A stretch of 64,000 nucleotides of DNA, taken from NCBI RefSeq assembly GCF_026571515.1, contig NW_026858590.1, forward strand, positions 1 to 64,000, in the 5' to 3' direction. A program made the translations under genes and the position numbers. The stretch comes from Ruditapes philippinarum. Its lineage: Eukaryota. This document shows positions 12,894 to 26,300 of this stretch, one piece after another. Positions within the stretch are counted from its first letter, which is position 1. Each line of letters opens with the position of its first letter. The notes beneath the pieces are model-generated. The model ran no database searches. It was not told the origin of the DNA and worked only from the letters and a program-made list of their open reading frames with translations.

Positions 12894-13884
12894 GTATTTT
12901 CTTTGGAAAATACAAAATAGTAGACACATGAACAAAGTATGTCAATTAATTTATTGGGAAATCTACTATTTTAATGAATTACTTCAGAAACCTCGTCTGA
13001 CCCACCAGTGTGTTTACATTCCTATCAATAAACCCATAACAACTCATGTTAAAATTGCAGACGAAAAGTTTCTGTTGTTAAAATGTAAAATATTTGGCAA
13101 ATCAACATTTCACACAAACTACCATAAAATCGGTTGCCTTCAAACAAAATATTGAACAGCAAAAATCCTGGAAATCAGGGTCGATTTTAGCTAAAGATAC
13201 TTGTACAGCCAAAAGCTTTTATATTATACTACTGCTAGGCCTGTTTACTGTCGCACAAAGTCAAAATAAAAGCGACATTTAAAGTTATGAACTTTAAATA
13301 TTCACGGTTAAAATGCCATAAGTGCAATCAGGACCCGGAAAGAACATATGGAAAAAATTCAAAATGATATTATTATGATATTACAATTCGTAAAAATGGA
13401 TTACTTAATTTTTTCAATCGATTTATAAAGAGTGCAATTAATTGTTTGAATATGTTTGAATTTTATTTCCTCCAAAATTATCCAGTTCGTTATTTATTAC
13501 CATAGCGCAACACGCACGACCGTTTCGTTTAACTAAAACTACTTCTATAAAAAGATTTTCGGACTTTCACAATGTTAAAGTCATCATTATATTTATAGGT
13601 ACAACAATACCATATTTTTCAGTGTGTACTACAAAATGTGTAATAAAATAACCGAAGAGCGCGATTAATTGACGGATAAGATAACTTCATTTGAATATGC
13701 TTGCATTGCGAAATTCTCTAGTTCGCTATTCATTGTACATATCGCGACATTTCATTTTTGACAATCAAACACCCTCATACCAATCGGAATGATCGCCAAA
13801 AATGCCCGAGAAGTTGCAATAGCCCTTTCACAAAATCTGATTTAAAACATTAACGGCGTTGCGCTTCGGCGCGGACGCCACTAA
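12894..13884 (+). mobile_element. Helitron-family non-autonomous insertion, 3' end intact, 5' end probably truncated
   Basis: ~990 bp absent from other units. It ends in a GC-rich hairpin GGCGTTGCGC-TTCG-GCGCGGACGCC followed by CTAA|T (CTRR). No TSD, and ~20 bp of target sequence is lost. Confidence 0.7.
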
Positions 13885-15928
13885 TTGCAGATGCTATGTG
13901 TTTAAGTCTGTTGATAAGAGAAATGTAAGGTGCAAAATCTCTAACGCTGCCTAGCACCGACTTAAGCAGTATTAAACCTTAAACACAATAAAAATCTGGA
14001 TAAAGTGTGATCCCTTGGATGCATTTATCACAACAAAATTACAGAATATTGCAGACTCGGTTTAATTGAGTCTGTACGTGAAGGATAATGAAAAACTGCA
14101 ACATCCCTTTCGCCCCCTAGCACCGTCTTGAGCGGTACTCAATTTTCAACACTCAAAAGTGATGGAATCAACGATCCCGAAGGATCAGAACAAATAAAAA
14201 CACTGAAGTGAAGTGCCGGGAAACATATTGCAGTTGACACCTGCTATTGCGAGTATAAAAATCAGGTAAAGGGATTTGCTGCTGCATCCAACAAAGCAAA
14301 CGTTTATTGATACTCTGATATGAAATAAGTTTAGTGGCCTGCAGATAAGACTTGTAACGTTAAAAAACCGAAACTTTAATATATGGTTATAAGCTTTTTT
14401 GCACCTGTTTTACTGTACATTGGTTTTCTTTCATTTCAAAAATAAAAAACCCTTTCTTGATACAAATTGTAAGCAATATTCTGCTCAAAATTCAATAAGC
14501 AAATTCTAAATTTCTAAATGGTAAACAGTTTTTACCGTTTCTTTTTATATTCTCAATTTGAAAAAAGATTGACAAATCAAAACATATTTAAACTATCGAA
14601 TAGGTGTTGACATTTATCTTTGACCAAGACCTTTATTTTGAAGACAATTATATATTTATGTTAAAAAATCAAATAAGAAAAGATTCGTGATAACAAATAG
14701 CATAATCTTTCGCTTTAAACATAATGAATGATTAAAAAATTAAGTTAATTTTTTTAGCTTTCTTAATATTAAGATCTATATAGGTAAAACGACGTCATGT
14801 AACTGAAGCCTTCGTAGTGATTATTTTTTATGATCTCTGCGTTCAAATATTAATTTTATTTTGTTCCCCATGCGCATAGAATTTCAACCAATCAAACAAT
14901 GTACTTCCATTAATTAAATATATTTTGACTAATTTGAATAACATTTATACTTTCAAATGACATTTTATGAGAGAGAAATGTTTTGTTATTGTAAATTGAT
15001 TACGCGATTTGCATTTCAAATGTTTCATATTTGTTAAATACGTGACTAGCTTTAAGTTTACAGTAAAGTCGAATGTAGTTGTATCATAAACTAATTATTT
15101 AGTTTTGCGTGTACATATAATTTTGTAAAATTCCGATACATTAAAGTTTCTCTTGCAAGAAAAAAAATTTGTAAAATTTCCGTTCCTTCCCACCTTCCAC
15201 TTAAAAACTTCAAGTTATTAAATATAATCTTGATCCGACATGAAAATTGTTTTAAAGAATAACTTTAAAAGATGGAAACAAACATAACGTGCTCTAAAAG
15301 TGATCATTGTATTTTGATGTTGGGTATTTTTGCCATGGCAATCTCCGAAGACAGCAAATCATCACGCCAACGTTATTTCTATATTTTGAATATTTTTTTC
15401 TCCGAATCCAAATATCAAACAGAAGCGTTTTTCTGTTTTTGGCAGTATTCAGCATTTTTAGATGCTTTAGAAAAACGAAAAGTATTTCACTATAAATGTA
15501 CACAGGGCTGACGCTTTGATGTAAAACAGATGAGATAAATGATCAAACAGTTTTTGTAAAATAAAGACATACTCATATCTGTAACAAAAACCTTACATCT
15601 TGATAAGTTTTTGGGAATTTTGACTCAAATCAGCTTGGAACAGAAGGTTTAACATTTATCGTCTAGCGTTCAATTTCGGCTTAATTCTTTCGTGCAATCG
15701 TATATTTATATATATATCAATAATGTACCATATAGATTGTGATATTTTCTTCACAAATCAAGTTATTATTGAACAAAGCACAATATATTACATTAAAGAA
15801 GAAGCAGTTGATTTTCACGACGTTAAATTTTCATGTCTTGATAATGTAATGTTAACCAATTATGAAATGAGCAAAAACAATATACTAGTACATGCAAAAC
15901 CTTATCTAAATGGATGAAAATGATACAC

Positions 15929-15975
<47 letters not shown>
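15929..15975. repeat. (CAAT)n microsatellite; paralogous tracts at ~9327-9367, ~21988-22023 and ~27863-27908
   Basis: Read directly; occupies the same position in each unit. Confidence 0.95.
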
Positions 15976-16129
15976 GATTCTTTTTCGGTAAGCGAAAATG
16001 GTTTGCATTGTATATGAAATATATGCTTTGAAAAATAGAACATCAAATTAAACATGTATTTTAACATGTGTTAGTGCTAAAACTATAACTAAATTGTATG
16101 TAAGAAAATTAAAGTATGACGTTTATATT

Positions 16130-16352
16130 TGAGCCACGCCATGACAAAACCAACATAGTGCGTTTGCGACCAGCATGGATCAAGACCAGTCTGCGCATCC
16201 GCGCAATCTGATAAGGATCCATGCTGTTCGCTTACAAACCCTATTACAAGTAGAACAGCATGGATACTGATCAGACTGCGCGGATGCGCAGGCTGGTCTG
16301 GATCCATGCTGGTCGCAAACGTACTATGATGGTTTTGTCATGGCGCGGCTCA
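16130..16352. mobile_element. Palindromic MITE (~220 bp), intact copy
   Basis: TGAGCCACGCCATGACAAAACCAACATAGTGCGTTTGCGACCAGCATGGATC... is mirrored by ...GATCCATGCTGGTCGCAAACGTACTATGATGGTTTTGTCATGGCGCGGCTCA. Absent from the units at ~9520 and ~28070. Confidence 0.93.
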
Positions 16353-19300
16353 TTTATGTGTTTAAGTTCTCTTTTTCTATCAGGAAAAAAGTCGTAATAG
16401 AAAATACAAATTTACTCAAAGATAAAATATAGTTCAATTAGTAATGTAACTGAAATAAATAGTAGCAATATAATTTCAACTTTAACAATAGATGGAATCT
16501 GCCATTTTAGTTGACACTTTTCTTTGTTTGGTAAAACAATTTTGTATTAAAAGGCATTGTTCACAGATTTTGGGATAAAATATTTTACTTAAAGGCAGCT
16601 TAAGCCTAAGAATTGATTGTTTTTCTGTAGAAAGGGCAAACACGTGTTTTAAAACGTTGCAATAATGCATTTAGAACATGTAAGATGCTGAACACCTGCA
16701 GAAAATAGCAACGAGTTTTAAAAATAATTTGTGTTAAAGGTAACAAACGTTTAAAAAGTTGTATTTGGCCTTTCATACAAAGTACTATATCACTAAAAAT
16801 GTACTTATTGCCAAAACGCAAATAACCTAAATTTAATTCAACTATGTGGCCAATGAGAACATTTTGAGAACTGTAACAGAATACCAAACATAAATTACTT
16901 AAGTTTAATGGGTCTTAAACAATAATGAAGGCTATAAAATAACTCAATTTAGACGTTTAGTCTAGTGCATTTTATTATATTGGTGACAACAGAAACATCC
17001 CGAAGTACTTATTTACTTATAATTTCAAAATAGCAAACGCTGTACTTACAGAGAGAAATATTTGTTGAGAACAGAATTGTTCCTACGCAATAATAAAACG
17101 CGGGTATTTATCTAATTGAATTATTTTCATCTGCCGTGTGAAGTTTTAATCAATCCTTTGTTTCGGGAAAAATGTCACATGTGAAATAATACAACACAAT
17201 ATAGCGTACATCTGTTATGATAACCAAATTGAAAACTAGATGTGTCAATGGCAGAAAAGTGCAAATCAAAGCATAGACAGAGTATATTTAATAAAAATTT
17301 GACAAGTAATTGTTTTCTTTATAAAATATGATCAATAATTTAACCTAAAACATTTTGTAATTTTCTTTTTCCCCCAAAGAATTGACAAAGGCCAGTATAA
17401 TTATGAAAAGCCTGATTCTACATATAGCATAACATAGCATAGCAAAGCACAGCACAGCACATAATTAGAAATTTTTATTTGATAATATTTATCATTTTTG
17501 TTGTTTACCAAACAGTAAATTCAAAATGCAAAAAGAAAGCATGCACTTGTCTCCTTATGTTAAACCACACTATTGTGTGAGAGCGAATAAAAAAAACACA
17601 GACTATTGTCAGAATTTTTGTTATAACGTCTTCAAAGAAAAATGTATGTTATTTATTTAGGAAAGAACATATTTTCTTCACTTTAAAAAAAAACAGAAAT
17701 GATTTTTGATAGATATCAATGTCGTGATAATCATGCAATGATTGAAATGCATTACTAATTGAGAGAACACGGTAATACTAAATTAAGAAATGATGAGTCG
17801 GCAAATTTATATAGCTGTTATGAAAAAGACGCTGCACAGATTGTTGCAAACAAAATAAGTTAAACTCTAGTAAAACGGAGATCCCTATAGAGCAATGAAA
17901 ACAGTATCCATAGGATGATAATTGCAGATGCTGTGACCAAGTCTGTTTTATAAGAGATAATTTAAGGTGCAAAATTTCTCACGCTGCCTAGCACCGGCTT
18001 AAACCTAAAGCAATAAAATCTGGATAAAGTGTGATCCCTCGGATGCACTAATCAAAACAAAATTACAGAATATTGTTGAATCGGATTGATTGAGTCTGTA
18101 CGTCTTGAGCGGTACCCAATTTTCAAACTCAAAAGTGATGGAATCAACGATCCCGAACAATCAGAACAAATTACAACATTGAAGTGAAGTACAGGGTAAC
18201 ATTTTGCAATTGACACCTGCTATTACGAGTATAAAAATCAGGTAAAGGGGATTGGCTGCTGCATCCAACAAAGCAAACGTTTATTCATAATGTGATATGA
18301 AATAAGTTTAGTGGCCTGCATATAAGACTTGTAACGTTAAAAAACGAAACGTTAATATATGGTTGTAAGCTATTTTAGCACTTGTTTTTCTGTATATTAA
18401 TTTTACTTCATTTATAAAAATAAAATCTTTTTCTAGATACAAATTATGAGTAATATTCAGCTCAAAATTTAATAAGCAAATTTTGAATTTCTAAATGGTA
18501 AACAGTCTTTACCGTTTCTTTTTATATTCTCAATTTGAATAACAAATGATTGACAAAATCAAAGCATATTTAAACTATAAAATTTGTGTTGGCATTTTAT
18601 CTTTGACCGGGATTTCCATTTCGAAGACAGTTCTATCTAAATGTTTAAAAAAATCAAATAAGAAAAGAGTCAAGATTACGAATTGCAAAAACTTTCGCTT
18701 TAAACATGCTGAATGATTGAAATATTAAGTAATTTTTTTTAGCTTTTATATAATTATATCTATATATGTAAAACGACGTCATGTAACTGAAGCCTTCGTA
18801 GTGATTGATTTTCTGAACCTTGCTTTCAAATATAAATTTTATCCTGTTCCCAATCTGCATAGAAATTCAAACAATCAAACAATGTACTTCTATTAATTAA
18901 ATATATTCTGACTAATTTGAATAACTTTTACACTTTGAAATGACATTTTATAAGAGAGATATGTTTTGTTATTGTAAATTGATTACACGATTTACATTTC
19001 AAATGTTTCATGATATTTGTTTAAAACGTGACTAGCTTTCACTGTAAAGTTAAGGCGAATGTATTTGTATCATAAACTTAAGATTTAGTTTTTCGTGCAC
19101 AAATCATTTTGTAAAATTCTGTTACATTCTTAAACATTATAGTTTGTTACACAAGAAAAAAGTAATATTTCCGTCCCTTCCCATCTTCCACTTAAAAATT
19201 CAAGTTAATAGAAATAATCTTGATCTGACATGAAATTTGACTTAAAGAATAATTTTAAAAGATAGAAACAAACATGACGTGTTCTAATAGTTATCATTTG

Positions 19301-20650
19301 TATTTTGTTGCTGTTGTTTTTTTGCCATGGCAAACTCCGAAGACAGCAAATCATCACGCCCACGTTATTTTTACATTTTAAATATTTTTTCTCTCCGAAT
19401 CCTTATATCAAACAGATGCGATTTTATGTTTTTGACAACATTCATCAATTTTATAGATGTCCTAGAAAAACATACTGCTTAGGAACAAATGAGTTTCTCT
19501 TACAATAATTTGTTGTTTTTTTTTGTCGCGATTAAGAACAATTCTATTACATACACGAACTAAATTATATTGAGTTAAATAGATATATAGAAAAAAATAC
19601 CCTTAAAGCATTCTTTACAGTTTCATGATAGTAATGATAGCAGAATACTTGACAATAATCCTACAAATTAAAAACAAGCAATTATGTACTTTTCGAACTA
19701 TTCAGACTTTATTTTTAGAACAGGATGAAATTAACCTCAAAAAGAATGGCATTGATTATAAGCTATCACATGGCGAAGACTCTACGCTGCAGCAGAAAAT
19801 ATATTTAAAGACCACTGTTAACACTTTCATTTCTGTTGTGATGACATCAAGATTAAGAGCAGATTATGTATAAACAGACAATAAAATTGATATGTGTGAC
19901 ATGATTTAAGGATTTAAAATAGTGTTCAATTAAAATCTCAAAGACACGTGTAAGCAAAATATTAAACAATCATATGCTATATAACTCATCCCATTGCAAA
20001 TTAAAATAGCAAAAATCAATTTGAATTGTTTTTAGATGTATACATTATACAGTGCATCGTAAAGAAAAGATGTAAAGTAATCTCACAGAGGCCAAGGCAT
20101 TAACTAAGACCATCATTATTTTTGTTATATAAATGTATATAAAATGACCTTTCCGTGACATCACGCAATTCTTCAAATATATCATATCTATTTTATGCCT
20201 GCATCTATGTAAAAGTATTAACTATCTAATGGTATGGGATCAAACCATAGGGGAAGAAAATTTAAGCCTTCTTATCACGCTCGGTACAATAGCCATTATA
20301 TACATGTATAATTTGTCTTATAGTTGTACAAGAAATGCTTATATAGAGATTTTAATGTATATCAAACACGTGCAAAAGAAAGTCATCTTCATTGGGAAAA
20401 AAAACCAACAACAACAACACAATTTTTAAAACCATAATTGTGAATATGTGTCATCAATATGTGTCATCAAGTGTTGATACTTAAATGATCATTTTGATAC
20501 TGAAGTAAAACATTTGATTTTCAAAACAAAAAATGATAGGCAGTAGCATATTATTAACGATCCAAAACGATATAGCATATATTCAAGACTTAGTATTTGA
20601 AACTGACATAAGAAAAACGAGCAAATAGTTATTGTTGGGGGAGGGTCAAA

Positions 20651-20880
20651 TTTGCGCCTTCGTGCATTTTCAGCTACGAGCGGGTACACGAGTATAATTT
20701 TATTTGAATTACTTTAATGTACGTCCATTACTTTCATTAACCTTGAATAAACAATTAACATGTATTTTGCGCCTTCGTGCATTTTCAGCTACGAGCGGGT
20801 ACACGAGTATAATTTTATTTGAATTACTTTAATGTACGTCCATTACTTTCATTAACCTTGAATAAACAATTAACATGTAT
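20651..20880. repeat. 115-bp direct tandem duplication, also present at ~33345-33575
   Basis: TTTGCGCCTTCGTGCATTTTCAGCTACGAGCGGG...AATTAACATGTAT occurs twice (20651 and 20766). It is single-copy in the units at ~8085 and ~26620. Confidence 0.93.
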
Positions 20881-21986
20881 CGTATATTTGAGACTTGCTT
20901 AAACACATTTTCAGCTAAAACAAAACGCTAGTCTTCAAAGATATATTAGAACAAATGATGTTTACCAGGGCGACTTTGATACATTCTGCGCAAGAACTGT
21001 GTTAAGTTTCGGATATTCATCCTATTTGACCGCGAACCTAATTCTTGCCACATCATATAATTCAATACAACAAATACTGAATAAAATAAAATTATGACAA
21101 AATTCATTATTCCTACAGGTTTGATCTTAGTTATATATTGAAATTTCAAAACAAATTACCAATACTACTTAAAACATCAATAACAATAAATTGTTCAAAA
21201 CTATAAATACATTTAGGAGTAATATATATGTTCAGGGAATTAAAAAGCAGACCTGGTATGATAACGTTGTCAAATAAACACCAATTTTGCTTATCAATGG
21301 CTAGACAAATAACACATTATATCAACATTTCACGATATATTTGAATAATTGTTGCGTCAAAAACTGACTATTGCCTTTGCAAAAACCAAGCACTTAAAGA
21401 TAAAGAACTATTGAAATGCATAGTATAGTATTAGAGAGAAAATAGAGCAAGTCTGTGTCAAATAAGTAAAAAAGAGACTCATCATAAAAGCATCGTCTCG
21501 CACCAGAACAAAATATATTACGTTAGGGAGAATATATGGGAAATTTATATATTTTATTTGTGTTTTTTCCCATACAAAGTGCACAGGGCCGACGCTTTGA
21601 TGTAAAACAGATGAGATAAATGGTAAAACAGTTTTGGCAAAATAAAGACATACTCATATCTGTAACAAAAACCTTACATCTTGATAAGTTTTTGGGAATT
21701 TTGACGCTTGGAACTGAAGGTTTAACATCTATCGTCTGGCGTTCAATTTCGGCTGAATTCTTTCGTGCAATCGTATATTTATATGTACCATATAGATTGT
21801 GATATTTTCTTCACAAATCAAGTTATTATTGAACAAAGAACAATATATTACATTAAAGAAGAATCAGTTGATTTTCACGACGTTAAATTTTCATGTCTTG
21901 ATAATGTAATGTTAACCATTTATGAATTGAGCAAAAACAATATACTAGTACATGCAAAACCTTATCTTAATGGATGAAAATTGTAC

Positions 21987-22024
<38 letters not shown>

Positions 22025-22179
22025 GATTCTTTTTAAGAAAGCGAAAATGGTTTGCATTGTATATGAAATATATGCTTTGAAAATATAGAACATTAAATAA
22101 AGCATGTATTTTAACATGTGTTAGTGCTAAAACTTTAACTTAATTGTATGTAAGAAAGTCAAAGTATGACGTTTATCTT

Positions 22180-22673
22180 TGAGCCGCGCCATGCCAAAGC
22201 CAACATAGTGCGTTTGCGACCAGCATGGATCCAGACATTATATCAACAATTCACGATATATTTGAATAATTGTTGCGTCAAAAACTGACTATCGCCTTTG
22301 CAAAAACGAAGCACTTAAAGATAAAGAACTATGCAAAATGCATAGTATAATGTTATAACTTACTTAAGATGACCCTTATAACTTTGGGGTTTGTTTTTTG
22401 AATATGGCAGCTAAAGTCACAATGACTCATGAAATCTGACACAATCATTGCATTTTTTGTTACAGAAATGGCAGCGGCAAATCAGCTTCAACTTCCGTCA
22501 CAGAAAAGTCGGCATATATAAGAACAGCGTGGTCAGGATCCATGCTGTTCGCTTACAAACCCTATTACAAGTAGAACAGCATGGGTCCTGATCAGACTGC
22601 GCGGATGCGCAGGCTGGTTTTGGATCCATGCTGGTCGCAAACGCACTATCTTGGTTTTGTCATGGCGCGGCTC
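22180..22673. mobile_element. Same MITE, interrupted by a ~295-bp composite insertion
   Basis: Left arm 22180-22236 and remainder 22532-22673 match 16130-16352. Confidence 0.9.
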
Positions 22674-23187
22674 ATTTATGTGTTTCAGTTCTCTTTTTAT
22701 ATCAGGAAAAACGTCGTAATAGAAAATACACATTTACTCAAAGATAAAATATAGTTCAATTAGTAATGTTACTGAAATAAATAGTAAGCAATGTAATTTT
22801 AACTTTAACAATAGATGGAATCTGCCATTTTAGTTGACACATTTTCTTTGTCTCTAGGGAAAATTGTTTGGTTATACAATTTTGTATTTTAAAAGGCATT
22901 GTTCACAGAGTTTGGGATAAAATATTCTGTAGATAGGGCAAACACGTGTTTTAAAACGTTGCAATAATGCATTTAGAACATGTAAGATGCTGGACACTTG
23001 CAGAAAGTCGCACCGAGTTTTAAAAATAATTTGTGTTAAAGGTAACAAACCGTTAAAAAAGTTGTTTGGCCTTTCATACAAAGTAATAAATCACTATAAA
23101 TGTACTTAATGCCAAAACGCAAAGAAGCTAAATGTAATTTAACTATGCGGCCAATGAGAACATTTTGAGAACTGTAACAGAATACCA

Positions 23188-23352
23188 GTTCAGTTCAGTT
23201 TCAGTTCAGTTTATTCAGCAAATCGGCATAATAACATGCCTTTGGCCAATTTAACATTTGGAAAGTGAAGAATATGGCCAAGACAACATAAACGTATAAA
23301 ACAGTACATAATACAGTGCTAGTACATAATAAATATACATATAACCTACACA
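23188..23352 (-). mobile_element. Severely 5'-truncated LINE/SINE 3' end (165 bp)
   Basis: 7-bp TSD AATACCA (23181-23187 and 23353-23359). The minus strand ends AATAAA followed by a (CTGAA)n tail. Absent from other units. Confidence 0.82.
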
Positions 23353-26300
23353 AATACCAAACATAAATAACTTATGAACAATTAACGTGTTTGCATTTAT
23401 GAAGGGTTTTTAACAATAATGAAGGCGATAAAATAATTCAATTGAGACGTTTAGTCTAGTGCATTTTATTATATTTGTGACAATAGAAACATCCCGAAGT
23501 ACTTATTTACTTATAATTTCAAAATAGCAAACGCTGTACTTACAGAGAGAAATATTTATTGAGAACAGAATTGTTCCTACGCAATAATAAAACATAATAA
23601 AACGCGGGTATTTATCTAATTGAATTATTTTCATCTGCCGTGTGAAGTTTTAATCAATCCTTTGTTGTTGGGAAAATGTCACATGTGAAATAATACAACA
23701 CAATATAGCGTACATCTGTTATGATAACCAAATTGAAAACTAGATGTGTCAATGGCAGATAAGTGCAAATCAAAGCATAGGCAGAGTATATTTATTAAAA
23801 CTTTGACCAGTAATTGTTTTCTTTATAAAACCATTATTTTAATTATGATCAATAATTTAACCTAAAACATTTTGTAATTTTCTTTTTCCCCCAAGACTTG
23901 ACAAAGTGGGCCCGTATAATTATGACAAGCCTAATACCACATATAGCATAACATAGCATGGCACAGCACAGCACAGCACAGCACAGCACATAATTAGAAA
24001 TTTTTATTTGATAATATTTATCATTTTTGTTGTTTACCAAACAGTAAATTCCAAATGCAAAAAGAAAGCATGCACTCGTCTCCTTTTGTTAAAACACTCT
24101 ATTGTGTGACAGCGAATAAAAAAAGACACAGACTATTGTCAGAATTTTTGTTATAACGTCTTTAAAGAAAAATGTATGTTATTTACTTAGGGAAGAACAT
24201 ATTTTCTTCACTTAAAAAAATCAGAAATGATTTTTGATAGTTATCAATGTCGTGATAATCATGCAATGATTGAAATGCATTACTAATTGAGAGAACACGG
24301 TAATTCTAAATTAAGAAATGTTGAGTCGGCAAATTTATATAGCTGTTATGAAAAAGACGCCACACAGAATTGTTGCAATCAAAATAAGTAAAACTCTAGT
24401 AAAACGGAGATCCCTACACAGCAATGAAAACAGAATCCATAATATGATAATTGCAGATGCTGTGATCAAGTCTGTTTATAAGAGATAATGTAAGGTGCAA
24501 AATCGCTCACGCTGCCAATAGCACCGATTTAATCAGTATTAAACCCTAAACACAAAAAATCTGGATAAAGTGTGATCTCTCGAAAGCATTAATCACACCA
24601 AAAATACATGAAAATTGCAGACTCGGTTTGATTGAGTTTGTACATCAGGGGTAATGAAAAAATTTCATATCCCTCATGACCCTAGCACCGTCGTAAGCAG
24701 TATTCAATCTTAAACACGATAAAAATCTGAATTAAGAATGATCCTAGTAACAAAATTAAATGAAAATTACAGACTCGGTTTGATTGAGTCTGTAAATTAA
24801 GGATGATGAAAAATCCCTTTATATTGTGTTGTGATTATTGCTTCCGAGGGATCACTCTTTATCCAGATTTCTATATAGATAAAACGACGCCATTTTATTG
24901 AAGCCCCCATAGTGATTCCTGCTTTCAAATACTAATTTTATCCTATTCCCCATGTGCTTAGAATTTCTAACAATTTACTTCCAGTAATTAAATATATTCT
25001 GACTAATTTGAATAAAATTTACACTTTAAAATAACATTTTATGAGAGATACATTCACATCATTTTTAATGTAAATTAATCGCGCGGTTTGCATTTCAAAT
25101 GTTTCATGAAATTTGTTTAATACGTGACTAGCTTTAATTTTACAGTACATGCGAATGTATTTGCATCATAAACTTAAGAAATATGTTTTGCGTGCACAAA
25201 TCATTTTGTAAATTTCCGATACATTCATTAACATTATAGTTGCTTACGCAAGAAAGAAAAGTAATATTTCCGTCCCTTCCCACCTTCCACTAAAAAATTT
25301 CAAGTTAATAAAATTAATGTTGATTTGACATGAAATATGAATAATTTTAAAAGATGGAAACAAACATGTCCTGTTCTAATAGTTATCATTTTTTATTTTG
25401 GTGATATTGTTTTTGTTTTTTTTTTTGCCATAGCAAACTCCAAAGACAGCAAATCATCACGCCCACGTTATTTTTACATTTTGAATATTTTTTTCTCTCC
25501 GAATCCTAATATCATACAGATGCGACTTTATGTTTTTGACAACATTCATTAATTTTATAGATGTCTTAGGAAAACATACTGCTTAGGAACAAATGACAAC
25601 AGGGAACAACAATTTTGGATAAAGGAACATATTTTAAACAAAACATCTAACAATCAAGATAACAGAGTTTCTCATACAATATTTTTTCCCGCGTTTAAAG
25701 ACAATTCAATAACTTACACGCAATAAATAGACTATTGAGTTAAATAGATAAATAGAAAAAAATACCATTAAAGCGATTTTTACCGTTCGTTTCATGATAG
25801 CAATGATAGCAGAATAATTGACAATTATCCTACAAATTACAAACAATAAATTATTGTATTGTTCTAGCATATTTCCAACTATTAAGAAATCTATTTCAGA
25901 ACAGCATAAAATTAACCCCATAAGACATGACATTGATTATACGCTATCACATGCGAAGAATATTAGATTTTACAATGCAGCCAAAAATATATGTAAAGAC
26001 TACTGCAAAAATTTTCATTTCTGTTTGTGACGGAATCAAGATTGAGAGCAGATACTGGCAATAAAATTGATATGCGTGACATATGATTAAAGGATTTAAA
26101 ACCGATTTTAATTTAAATCTCAAAGACAAGTATTAGCAAAATATTAAACAATCAAATGCTATATAACTCATCACGTTGCAAATTAAAATAGCAAAAATTC
26201 ATTTGAGGGTGTATTTTAGATGTATACATTATGCCGTAGATCGTAAAGAGGTGTAATTACTCGAAGATGTAAAGTAATCTCACAGAGGCTAAGGCATTAA

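Noticed and set aside
20946-21149. Hydrophobic-N-terminus ORF (MNFVIILFYSVFVVL...) as a small membrane or secreted protein
   Set aside because: The start and frame are not preserved among units, and hydrophobicity is expected from AT-rich DNA.
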